The notes beneath the pieces are model-generated. The model saw only the letters and a program-made list of their open reading frames with translations, did no database searches and had not been told where the DNA came from. A DNA stretch of 64,000 nt from Terriglobia bacterium (GTDB lineage: Bacteria; Acidobacteriota; Terriglobia; Bryobacterales; Bryobacteraceae): assembly GCA_963846045.1 (NCBI GenBank), contig CAWJUL010000008.1, positions 41,334 to 105,333 on the forward strand. The letters run 5' to 3'. Below are positions 27,537-36,042 of the stretch, piece after piece. A program made the translations under genes and the position numbers. Numbering within the stretch: the first letter of the stretch is position 1; every line of letters begins with the position of its first letter.

Positions 27537-28256
27537 CTATGTGCGCTGGATCAGCACAACGGTTACGTTGTCAGGTCCGCCTTCTTGCTTCGCGGCGTCG
27601 ATTAGGTAGTGGCATTTCTCTGGTAGAGATTTCTCTGAATCGAGCGTCTCGAGCAACAAATTTTCGTTCAAAACTCCGTGCAGCCCGTCCGAGCACAGTA
27701 ACACTTGGTCGCCCGTATCCATCGGGACCACCTGAGACTGCATCCGTAACTTTTCCGCTGTTCCCACGGCCATCGTCAGAACATGCCGCATCGGATGTTT
27801 CTTAAGCGCTTCCTCGCTCAACCCGAGACGCGTGCCTACCTCCGCGACCCACGTCTGGTCCTGAGTGATTAGAGCCAAGCCGTCGTTCTTAGAAAAACGA
27901 TATGCCCGGCTATCGCCCACACTGCCAACTTGCAGCTTGTTATCCCCTAGATTGCGGGCAACCACCAACGTGGTTCCCATTCCCTCGAGCTCCGGGTTGT
28001 TGCGCGCGGCTTGTCGAACAAAATAGTTCGCTTCCAGAAACGCATGCTGCAGCGTCTCGTCTCCATCATCGTCCGGGGCACGCAGCAGGTATTCGTACAG
28101 CACCTCCGCGCTCAGATGTGACGCGTACTCGCCCGCATTCGCACCGCCCATGCCGTCGGCGAGAATGAAGATTCCCTTTTCAGGGTCGTTGATGAAATAG
28201 TCTTCGTTGTTCGCGCGAATACAGCCCGGGTCGGATAGGCCGAAAGCCTCTAGCAT
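27537..28256 (-). CDS. PP2C-family Ser/Thr protein phosphatase
   Basis: Motifs RANNEDY, ILADGMGGANAGEYAS, VGDSRAY, LLCSDGLHG and GGPDNVTVVL. Confidence 0.9.
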   Translation of the reverse strand: MLEAFGLSDPGCIRANNEDYFINDPEKGIFILADGMGGANAGEYASHLSAEVLYEYLLRAPDDDGDETLQHAFLEANYFVRQAARNNPELEGMGTTLVVARNLGDNKLQVGSVGDSRAYRFSKNDGLALITQDQTWVAEVGTRLGLSEEALKKHPMRHVLTMAVGTAEKLRMQSQVVPMDTGDQVLLCSDGLHGVLNENLLLETLDSEKSLPEKCHYLIDAAKQEGGPDNVTVVLIQRT

Positions 28257-28327
28257 AAGGCTCTCCGATTATAACCAGTGATTCCGAGCCGCCAGAGAGA
28301 GCGTACCCGGACCCGGGAGAGTTTCAC

Positions 28328-29323
28328 ATGAAAGAGTTTGCACTGGACTCAGCATCTCTAAAACACTTCAATTTTCATAGCGGATCGGTCCGCCTGCACG
28401 CCGTCGAAGCAGGACCGACGGATGGCCGGGTCGTCGTCCTGCTGCACGGGTTCTCTGAATTCTGGTACGGCTGGCGCAACCAAATTCTCCCGTTATCCGC
28501 GGCTGGCTTTCGTGTCGTCGTTCCCGATGGCCGCGGCTACAATCTAAGCGATAAGCCAACCCACATCCGCGATTATGCGATATCTCACCTGGTGTCCGAC
28601 GTTCTTGCCCTCTGCGAATATCTGGCCTGCGGCGACATCTGTCTCGTGGGTCACGATTGGGGTGCGGCCGTGGCGTGGGCCTTCGCTGCCCAACATCCTG
28701 AGAGGGTGAACCGATTGGCAATTCTGAACGCGCCGCATCCAGCAATCATGCCAGATTTCCTGCTGACCCATCCGCGCCAGATGCTCCGCAGTTGGTATAT
28801 GTTCTTCTTTCAATTGCCGCGTTTGCCTGAAATGCTTCTCGCCGCACGGAACTGCGCCGTCGGCGTTAATTCGCTTACCAATACCAGTCGTCCCGGAACG
28901 TTTTCAAACTCCGACCTGAATCGCTATCGTGAAGCCTGGGCACAACCCGGTGCGCTTACCGGCATGATCAACTGGTATCGCGCGATGTTCCGCAACCGGC
29001 CTGCTTCGCGCATCGGAGACATCGAAATCCCAGTCCTTATTCTTTGGGGAAAACTCGATGCTTTCCTTGTGCCCGAACTTGCCGAACTAAGCCTTAGCCG
29101 CTGCCGCGATGCAAAGCTGGTGTGGTTTGAAGACGCAACTCACTGGGTGCAGCACGAAGAAGCGGATCGAGTGAACGATAACCTGCTGCGCTTTTCTCTG
29201 AAGAAGACTAACCGCCGCCTTCAGGCTTGGCGCCCGGCGCTCTGCTCCTCAGCATCGCGATTTGGCCCGAGTGGTGCGATTCGTGTTCGCAGACATGAAA
29301 CCACTTGCAAAGGTTGTTGGTAG
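28328..29323 (+). CDS. alpha/beta hydrolase (epoxide hydrolase/haloalkane dehalogenase-like); the 3' tail is probably artefactually extended
   Basis: HGFSEFWYGWRNQ, nucleophile elbow GHDWGA and HWVQHEE. After ..NLLRF the ORF runs 116 nt into the convergent DinB gene. Removing one T from the T4 run at 29192-29195 would give ..LLRFL-stop at about 29200. Confidence 0.8.
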   Translation: MKEFALDSASLKHFNFHSGSVRLHAVEAGPTDGRVVVLLHGFSEFWYGWRNQILPLSAAGFRVVVPDGRGYNLSDKPTHIRDYAISHLVSDVLALCEYLACGDICLVGHDWGAAVAWAFAAQHPERVNRLAILNAPHPAIMPDFLLTHPRQMLRSWYMFFFQLPRLPEMLLAARNCAVGVNSLTNTSRPGTFSNSDLNRYREAWAQPGALTGMINWYRAMFRNRPASRIGDIEIPVLILWGKLDAFLVPELAELSLSRCRDAKLVWFEDATHWVQHEEADRVNDNLLRFSLKKTNRRLQAWRPALCSSASRFGPSGAIRVRRHETTCKGCW

Positions 29324-29855
29324 GTCCCCAGCCCCAGGTCTTATCTATCGACATCAGCCATGCATCGTCACGTTTGCGGAATTCGGCGAATGTCTTCTCG
29401 CGGCCTTCCTGCAAGCGCGCCAGATAGTAGTTCAGGTCGTGCCCCTTGATGGCCTGACGGGCCGGGTCCCCAAGTTCCATGGCGACGCCCCATTCCTTGA
29501 AAGCTGGATCTGTTGGGAGTGACTGTACAGGAACATTGTCGAACGTATTCAACTGGTACAGCCGTTCAGTCGCAGCAAGGTGCAGCAGCAGAGCGCCGAT
29601 GCGATTGGCTTTGTTATCGAGCAGAAAATCAAGCTGCGGCTGAGTCATTCCCTTTACGGTACTGAGGACGGCATTGCGCATCCAAATCATTTCCGAGACC
29701 AGCGTCCCGATTTGCGGTGAGTAGCCGGGCCTCGGACCAAAGACATTCTCGCTCGTGTCGGCTGCCTGAGCATATGCCGGGCCGGTAAACCCGGACACAA
29801 CGGCCGTCTGAACAAATCTTCGCCGGCTTTGGCCGACATACTCAAGGTGCTTCAT
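29208..29855 (-). CDS. DinB-family protein with a twin-arginine (Tat) signal peptide
   Basis: The N-terminus SRRRFVQTAVVSGFTGPAYAQA is a Tat-type signal. The four-helix DinB-like His residues appear in LLHLAATE and HESHHSGQI. Confidence 0.7.
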   Translation of the reverse strand: MKHLEYVGQSRRRFVQTAVVSGFTGPAYAQAADTSENVFGPRPGYSPQIGTLVSEMIWMRNAVLSTVKGMTQPQLDFLLDNKANRIGALLLHLAATERLYQLNTFDNVPVQSLPTDPAFKEWGVAMELGDPARQAIKGHDLNYYLARLQEGREKTFAEFRKRDDAWLMSIDKTWGWGPTNNLCKWFHVCEHESHHSGQIAMLRSRAPGAKPEGGG

Positions 29856-29867
29856 GCCGGCCGTCCG

Positions 29868-30689
29868 CTACTCTCCCGACGACCACGCGCTTCGAAATTC
29901 CGGATACAGCGTCAACCCGCCGCAAGCGAAAATGGTCTGGCCCGTGATGTAAGAGCTGTCGTCCGACGCCAAGAATGCGAAAACGGCCGCGATCTCTTCG
30001 CTCGTGCCGGCCCGGCCCATCGGGATGTGGCTCTCCACACCTGCGCGCGCCTTCGGATCGTCGATCCACGCGTTGTTGATAGGAGTGACAATCGCTCCAG
30101 GACCCACCGCGTTGACTCGGATGCCGCGGTCAGCGTATTCGAGCGCCAGCGTCTTTGTCATATTTTCCATGCCGCCTTTGCTGATCGAGTACGGAACGTA
30201 GATCGGCTTGGGAATAATTTCGTGCACGCTCGAATTGTTGACAATCACGCCGGCAACCTTACGCGAAAGGAAATGGCGGATCGCTTCGCGCGCGCACAGG
30301 AACGCTCCTCGCAGATTCACACCCACCACTCGGTCGAAATCCGCCATATCCAATTGGTCGCTAGGAGACGCCTTTTGGATGCCAGAATTGTTAATTAGAA
30401 TATCCAGCGTTTCCATATTGCGCAGCACCGTTGCGAACATGCGGTGCACTTGCTGTTCGTCGGCAACATCGCCCTGCACGGTCATACTTTTGTGGTCACG
30501 GGAAATTGCCTTGCCGACCTCTTCCACTCTCTTCCGGACAGCTTCCGCGCGATCCGCCCCGCTGTGATAATTAATCGCGACATTCGCGCCTTCTTGTGCA
30601 AAGCGAATCGCGATCGCCTCGCCGATACCCGAAGAAGCTCCCGTTATCAGAGCGTTCTTCCCTTGCAATCTCGTCGCTATGTTAGCCAT
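29868..30689 (-). CDS. SDR family oxidoreductase (glucose 1-dehydrogenase-like)
   Basis: ITGASSGIGEAIA, NNSG, YSISK and ASDDSSYITGQTIFACGG. Confidence 0.85.
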   Translation of the reverse strand: MANIATRLQGKNALITGASSGIGEAIAIRFAQEGANVAINYHSGADRAEAVRKRVEEVGKAISRDHKSMTVQGDVADEQQVHRMFATVLRNMETLDILINNSGIQKASPSDQLDMADFDRVVGVNLRGAFLCAREAIRHFLSRKVAGVIVNNSSVHEIIPKPIYVPYSISKGGMENMTKTLALEYADRGIRVNAVGPGAIVTPINNAWIDDPKARAGVESHIPMGRAGTSEEIAAVFAFLASDDSSYITGQTIFACGGLTLYPEFRSAWSSGE

Positions 30690-30725
30690 CTTAGGACCGT
30701 GCTCCTGATAGCCTATCGCAAAGCG

Positions 30726-31349
30726 CTACTTGTTCGCGGCGCTTCCTGCTTCCTTCCGAAATGCGGTAGCAAGTGTCCCCTTGCTTCCGGCGATAGGCAT
30801 CAGCGTCGGATAGAACTGGACAAACGTGGTATCCACCGCCGCATGCGCGGCATGGCAGCTGTAGCATTCAGCGGAGGTGGGAATCATCCTGGCGGGTTGT
30901 GAGCCGCTGAATCCAAAGAATGCCCACTTGCCTGGAAACCGGGCTTCGTCTTTGACGTGTACCTCAACGTCGGCTACGCCGGTCTGAAAATTGCCTCTCT
31001 GATTGATTGATCCTTTGCCCTGCGCGTTTCGAACCTCCAGTACCAGAAGGGTCTTATCGGGCCAGGAGCCTGTTGCCAGAAAGCCTCTGTACGCTTCGGG
31101 ATTCACAAATACGTTATCGAACTGGTGTTGGTCGCCCATTCGCATGCCCGCGCTGTAGCTCATATCGAACCCGGAACTCAGGTAAACCCACTCGCGATAA
31201 TGTTCAGGAAATTTCAGTTGTGCATCGCTTGTGTACTCGGGCGCGGCGCCCGGCGTGCCGGCACTCTGTTTCGATCCCGCTAGCACGAAGAGAATCATAG
31301 AGAGGAAAGTGAGCGTGCCGGCCGCAATGCGCATATATGAAGTATGCAC
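30726..31349 (-). CDS. cytochrome P460 family protein
   Basis: Signal/TM segment, FPEHYREW, and the C-terminal heme c site CYSCHAAHAAVDTTFVQFYP. Confidence 0.7.
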   Translation of the reverse strand: MHTSYMRIAAGTLTFLSMILFVLAGSKQSAGTPGAAPEYTSDAQLKFPEHYREWVYLSSGFDMSYSAGMRMGDQHQFDNVFVNPEAYRGFLATGSWPDKTLLVLEVRNAQGKGSINQRGNFQTGVADVEVHVKDEARFPGKWAFFGFSGSQPARMIPTSAECYSCHAAHAAVDTTFVQFYPTLMPIAGSKGTLATAFRKEAGSAANK

Positions 31350-31470
31350 GTCATCGGGGCCGACGAGCGCCCAGATGCCGCGAAACGGACTATCCGAAGT
31401 CGCATAAACATGAACTGATTAGGACGTTACAGGTCATCTGTAAAGAAAAATACAGCGAGCGCCGATACAA

Positions 31471-32865
31471 GTGTTAAGCATTATGCACGCGTTGTATACG
31501 GCGACCCTACTTTGCGTCGGGACAATATTGGGGCTGATGCCCGCAAGTGCCCAGGACGCAGGTAATCAGTCCACGCCCTTCGACGGCGCCAGCCGAGATG
31601 TGTTCGACAGGCTATTAGTGCGCTTGGCTGCGGACGAAGCTCGTATTAAAGAATTGGAAGGAAAACTGGCCGATCATACCGGGCAGCCTTCCAACCCGGA
31701 AAACCCGTTATCGGCGAGTTCGCCTGCGCCGCAAGCCGACACCGTCACCGTTTCGCCAAAACCACAGGCGGCCCGCTCCGCCCCTGTCCCATCGGAATCC
31801 TCTTCCGATACGGATGCCCCGGATTCAAATGCGCATGCACACATGATAGAACTGCCCGGAGGCGGACCCACGCTAAATATCCGGGGATATTTCGACTTTA
31901 ATTTTGGAGTCGGAACCGATGCCAATCCGCTGGTATTCCCGCTCGGCGTACCCCCTCACACGACCTTCCAAATGGGTGAATTCGATCTAATGACTTCCTC
32001 GCAATTGTCGAACAAACTCAGCTTCATGTCGGAAATTGTCTTTGGTGCCGATGCCACTAACGCTCTCAGCATCGATATTGAGCGTTATCTGCTTACTTAC
32101 AGGGCCAGTAAGTACTTTGAGGCCAGCTTCGGCCGTTATCACACGTCGATTGGCTATTACAGTACGGCATTTCATCATGGAACCTGGTTCCAAACGGCAA
32201 CTGGACGCCCTTTCATGTACTTCTTTGAAGACAGCGGCGGCATTCTGCCGGTTCACAATGTCGGTGTAACCTTGACGGGCCTGGTGCCTGGGACGGACAG
32301 CCTGGGGCTGCACTGGGTTGCAGAAATCGGTAACGGACGCGCTTCAAACAACCTTGCCGTGGAACCGGTTCAGAACTTTTATTCAGATAGGAACCACAAA
32401 GCTTTTAACTTGGCGGCATATATCGCTCCGCAATGGCTGAGCGGGTTACAGGTTGGAGGGTCCTACTACCGCGACCGAATAACACCACCCGGCGTCACGC
32501 CGGCCGATCAGACCATTGCAAGCCTCTATGCCGTCTACGTGACCCCGACGTGGGAGTTCATGAATGAAGGCGTGCTTTTGAGCAATCGTATTGAAAATGG
32601 CGGGCGCACTTTTAACACGCCGCTCACATACACGCAGTTGTCACGGAAATTTGGCGCATGGCGGCCGTATTTCCGCTATCAGTATGTAAATTCGCCTGCG
32701 AACGATCCCATAAACATTTACACAGGCCGATACATGGGGCCTTCGGTTGGCCTACGGTGGGACTTCTCAGATTATGCGGCGTTCAAATTGCAATACAACC
32801 GCCTGGATCAGCGAAACACTAAGCCGGGCAACGGACTCGATGCGCAGCTTGCGTTCACCTTCTGA
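31471..32865 (+). CDS. outer-membrane beta-barrel porin with an N-terminal coiled-coil and low-complexity segment
   Basis: Signal peptide, ARIKELEGKL coiled coil, alternating beta-strand pattern, and the terminal ..AQLAFTF with a C-terminal Phe. An alternative start is the ATG at 31483. Confidence 0.65.
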   Translation: MLSIMHALYTATLLCVGTILGLMPASAQDAGNQSTPFDGASRDVFDRLLVRLAADEARIKELEGKLADHTGQPSNPENPLSASSPAPQADTVTVSPKPQAARSAPVPSESSSDTDAPDSNAHAHMIELPGGGPTLNIRGYFDFNFGVGTDANPLVFPLGVPPHTTFQMGEFDLMTSSQLSNKLSFMSEIVFGADATNALSIDIERYLLTYRASKYFEASFGRYHTSIGYYSTAFHHGTWFQTATGRPFMYFFEDSGGILPVHNVGVTLTGLVPGTDSLGLHWVAEIGNGRASNNLAVEPVQNFYSDRNHKAFNLAAYIAPQWLSGLQVGGSYYRDRITPPGVTPADQTIASLYAVYVTPTWEFMNEGVLLSNRIENGGRTFNTPLTYTQLSRKFGAWRPYFRYQYVNSPANDPINIYTGRYMGPSVGLRWDFSDYAAFKLQYNRLDQRNTKPGNGLDAQLAFTF

Positions 32866-32871
32866 GGAACA

Positions 32872-33375
32872 GTGCTGGTACGCGCTCTTTCACTGTTTCC
32901 ACTGTCGAGTGTGCTCCTGTTTGCCCTTTACGAGGGCCATGCTGAAACTACAAACGATTTGGCCGTCATTGTAAACAGGGCCAACGCGATAGTGTCGCTG
33001 TCCTCGCGTGATCTGCGCAGCGTCTTTCTCGGCACAAAAGAGAGTTGGCCGGACGGTACGAAGGTGCTAGCCGTTAGCCTTCCATCCGAACGTCCGGAGA
33101 CCCGCGCGATTTTAAAAGAGGTCTGCGGGATGTCGGAAGCCGACTTCAAAAGATATTTCTTGATGATGAACTTCCAAGGTAAGTCGGTGTCACCGCCTCG
33201 GATGATGCAGAATGCCGATGCCGTCAAGGCATTTGTTGGAGCTACGCCTGGAGCGTTGGGCGTTATACGCCTGCGCGATGTCGACTCTTCAGTAGCCATC
33301 ATGTCCATCGATGGAGTCCGGCCCTGGAGCATCGGGCTACAAGCTCTTTTTCACGCACTAGCAGGAGCCGGATGA
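32872..33375 (+). CDS. small periplasmic PstS-like (PBP-fold fragment) substrate-binding domain protein
   Basis: Signal peptide plus LAVIVNRAN....[12 protein letters not shown]....WPDG. The stop overlaps the kinase start as ATGA. Confidence 0.55.
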   Translation: MLVRALSLFPLSSVLLFALYEGHAETTNDLAVIVNRANAIVSLSSRDLRSVFLGTKESWPDGTKVLAVSLPSERPETRAILKEVCGMSEADFKRYFLMMNFQGKSVSPPRMMQNADAVKAFVGATPGALGVIRLRDVDSSVAIMSIDGVRPWSIGLQALFHALAGAG

Positions 33376-36008
33376 AAATCGGAAGAGCAAGCATAACAAC
33401 GAAGATCTGGCTCAGCATAGGTATCTTTGTGCTGGGCTTCGTCGTTTCGGTGACATTAGGGCAGATCCAGGGCCTCGATGAGGAACGGATTCTCAGGAGC
33501 ATCTCCGAAGCACTGTTTCCGGCGGCCCAATACAGTCAAAAGGCGGAAGCTGCGTTTCAACGCGTCGTAAAGGACTTCAGCGAAGCGCTGGCCGTTCAGG
33601 ACACATCCGAGTTGGAGCAGGCTGAAGAGGAAGGCCGCCACACTCTCGCCGACCTGAACGCCGTTGCAGGCACCAGAGGCCTGTCAGAAGCGCGCATTCG
33701 CGCGGTGAAGCACCTGACTTTGTCGGTCAACGACTTTCTCACGGAGGCGCAAAGCACCTACGGAGCTGTGCTTGCGGACCCGGTTAACCTGACGCCTCGA
33801 ACGCAGCAGAAAATGCGGCGGCTCGCGGCCGAAATGTTTCAGATCAACGCCACCTTTGAGAGCCTCACGGACCAGCTTTCAAGAGACCTTCACGAACAAC
33901 TAAGTTATGTTCAGATGCGGTCGCGACAGCAGCGTCAGATTGGCTTGCTGGTTTTTGGGCTCACGCTGATTGTCGCCGCGGCACTGGTCAATTTCACGAT
34001 TCGGCGGGTCATTACGGGGCCACTCCTCCGCGTGAATGCGGAGCTGAGTTCCGCTAAGGATAAAGCGGAAGAAGCAAGCCGTGCGAAGAGCGAGTTTCTC
34101 GCCAATATGAGTCACGAGATTCGAACACCCATGAACGGTGTACTCGGGATGACTGAATTAGTTCTCGATATGGATCTCACGCAGGAGCAGCGCGGCTATC
34201 TCACGACGGTCCGGTCATCGGCTGAGTCGCTGCTCACGGTAATCAACGATATCTTAGACTTCTCAAAAATCGAAGCGGGAAAGCTGGATCTTGACAATGT
34301 GCCGTTCGATTTGCGGGACAGTGTCTGGGAAACCCTGACCACCTTAAGCATTCGAGCCGATCAAAAACAGCTCGAACTCGCGTACAGTATCGATGACGGC
34401 CTGCCGGACTTTCTGATAGGCGATCCCTCCCGCCTCCGCCAGATCATATTGAACCTGGTGGGGAACGCCATTAAGTTCACGGAACGCGGAGAAGTGGTGG
34501 TGGCCGCTACTGAACACTCGCGCGAGGAAGGCCGAATCATTCTCCACTTCAGTGTTAAGGATAGCGGTATTGGCATTCCCGCCGAAAAGCAGGCCGAAAT
34601 TTTTCAGGCATTCACTCAGGCTGACGGCTCAACCACTCGGAAATACGGTGGAACAGGTCTGGGACTCACGATTTCACGCCAATTGGTTTCAATGATGCAA
34701 GGGGAATTGTGGATCGAAAGCACCGTGGGCCGAGGAAGCACGTTCCACTTTACCGCCAGTTTTGAGCTGGCAGAAATGAAGGTCCCCCACATGGCACACG
34801 ATTACCCGGCTATTGATCAATTGCCGGTCCTGATTGTAGACGACAATCTTACGAACCGCACAATTTTGGAGAAAATGCTCGCGCGTTGGGGAATGCGTCC
34901 GACGGTCGCGGACGGAGCCGAGGCCGCCATCCTAGCCTTGGAGCGAGCCACCGAATCACATGACCCGTTTCGATTGATCCTTATTGACGTGTGCATGCCG
35001 GCAATCGATGGTTTCACTCTTTGCGAGCGGATTCAAGAGCACCCCGGGAGAGCCGATGCGACCGTCATGATGCTGAGTTCCACCGCCCGGCGCGAAGATG
35101 CTGTCCGTTGCCGCCAATTGGGCGTCGCCGCATATTTGACCAAACCCATCGGGCAGAAGGAGCTTAAAGACACTATTTATTCCATTCTGGGCATCCCGAC
35201 AGAGAAGGACAAATCAGCGGCGGAAAGCGGGCAAACCAGCTTGCGTGAAGCCGGTTCTTCATTGCGCATATTAGTTGCCGAGGATAATCGCGTAAATCAG
35301 GAACTAGCGGTTACTCTCCTTCAAAAGCGCGGCCATTCCGTTGTGATCGCGAACAATGGACACCAAGCGCTGGCAGCACTCGAGAACCAGGTCTACGATG
35401 TGGTCCTGATGGATGTCCAGATGCCGGAGATGGGCGGCATCGAGGCGACCGCTGCCATTCGGGCCAAGGAGAAGATTAGCGGCGAACACATTCCCATCAT
35501 CGCGATGACCGCACACGCTATGAGCGGAGATCGGGAAAGATGCCTGGCAGCCGGAATGGACGGGTATGTATCGAAGCCGATCAAAATCAAGAGCCTTTTG
35601 CAAGAGATAGAGGCCGCAACTTCATCTGTCCAGCGTCAACGAACCGCTGCTGAGCGTCCTCAGGCGAATCTCTTTCTGCTCAACCGGGAAGAAATGCTCG
35701 AACAGGTGGATGGCGATGTCAACCTCCTAGGAAAGATGGCCGCATTGCTTCTTGCCGACATCCCGAACGACCTTCTTGCTCTCGGTACAGCGATTGAAAT
35801 GCATAACGCAGGGGGTGTCGCCGACCTCAGTCATTCTCTGAAAGGCTCGCTGAGCAACTTCCTCGCGAAACCCGCCGTCGATGCGGCACTGCGGCTGGAG
35901 AAGATGGGGCGTGAAGGAGATCTCTCCTTAGCCCTCGATACCTATGAGCATTTGCAGGGCATCGTCGAACGGCTGCTCCCGGAATTGGCCGAGTTGGCTT
36001 CTGACTGA
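33372..36008 (+). CDS. hybrid sensor histidine kinase (2 TM + periplasmic helical domain, HisKA, HATPase, two receiver domains, C-terminal HPt)
   Basis: H-box [11 protein letters not shown]-box [10 protein letters not shown]-boxes DSGIGI and [12 protein letters not shown]1 is LIVDDN..DVCMP..K and REC2 is LVAEDN..DVQMPEM..K. The HPt motif is HSLKGS. Confidence 0.9.
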   Translation: MKIGRASITTKIWLSIGIFVLGFVVSVTLGQIQGLDEERILRSISEALFPAAQYSQKAEAAFQRVVKDFSEALAVQDTSELEQAEEEGRHTLADLNAVAGTRGLSEARIRAVKHLTLSVNDFLTEAQSTYGAVLADPVNLTPRTQQKMRRLAAEMFQINATFESLTDQLSRDLHEQLSYVQMRSRQQRQIGLLVFGLTLIVAAALVNFTIRRVITGPLLRVNAELSSAKDKAEEASRAKSEFLANMSHEIRTPMNGVLGMTELVLDMDLTQEQRGYLTTVRSSAESLLTVINDILDFSKIEAGKLDLDNVPFDLRDSVWETLTTLSIRADQKQLELAYSIDDGLPDFLIGDPSRLRQIILNLVGNAIKFTERGEVVVAATEHSREEGRIILHFSVKDSGIGIPAEKQAEIFQAFTQADGSTTRKYGGTGLGLTISRQLVSMMQGELWIESTVGRGSTFHFTASFELAEMKVPHMAHDYPAIDQLPVLIVDDNLTNRTILEKMLARWGMRPTVADGAEAAILALERATESHDPFRLILIDVCMPAIDGFTLCERIQEHPGRADATVMMLSSTARREDAVRCRQLGVAAYLTKPIGQKELKDTIYSILGIPTEKDKSAAESGQTSLREAGSSLRILVAEDNRVNQELAVTLLQKRGHSVVIANNGHQALAALENQVYDVVLMDVQMPEMGGIEATAAIRAKEKISGEHIPIIAMTAHAMSGDRERCLAAGMDGYVSKPIKIKSLLQEIEAATSSVQRQRTAAERPQANLFLLNREEMLEQVDGDVNLLGKMAALLLADIPNDLLALGTAIEMHNAGGVADLSHSLKGSLSNFLAKPAVDAALRLEKMGREGDLSLALDTYEHLQGIVERLLPELAELASD

Positions 36009-36017
36009 GGATATGAA

Positions 36018-36039
36018 GTATGCCGTAATCGCGGCATAC
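36018..36039. terminator. candidate bidirectional hairpin between convergent genes
   Basis: GTATGCCG-taatcg-CGGCATAC gives an 8-bp perfect stem in the 34-nt spacer. There is no clear U tract. Confidence 0.35.
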
Positions 36040-36042
36040 GCA

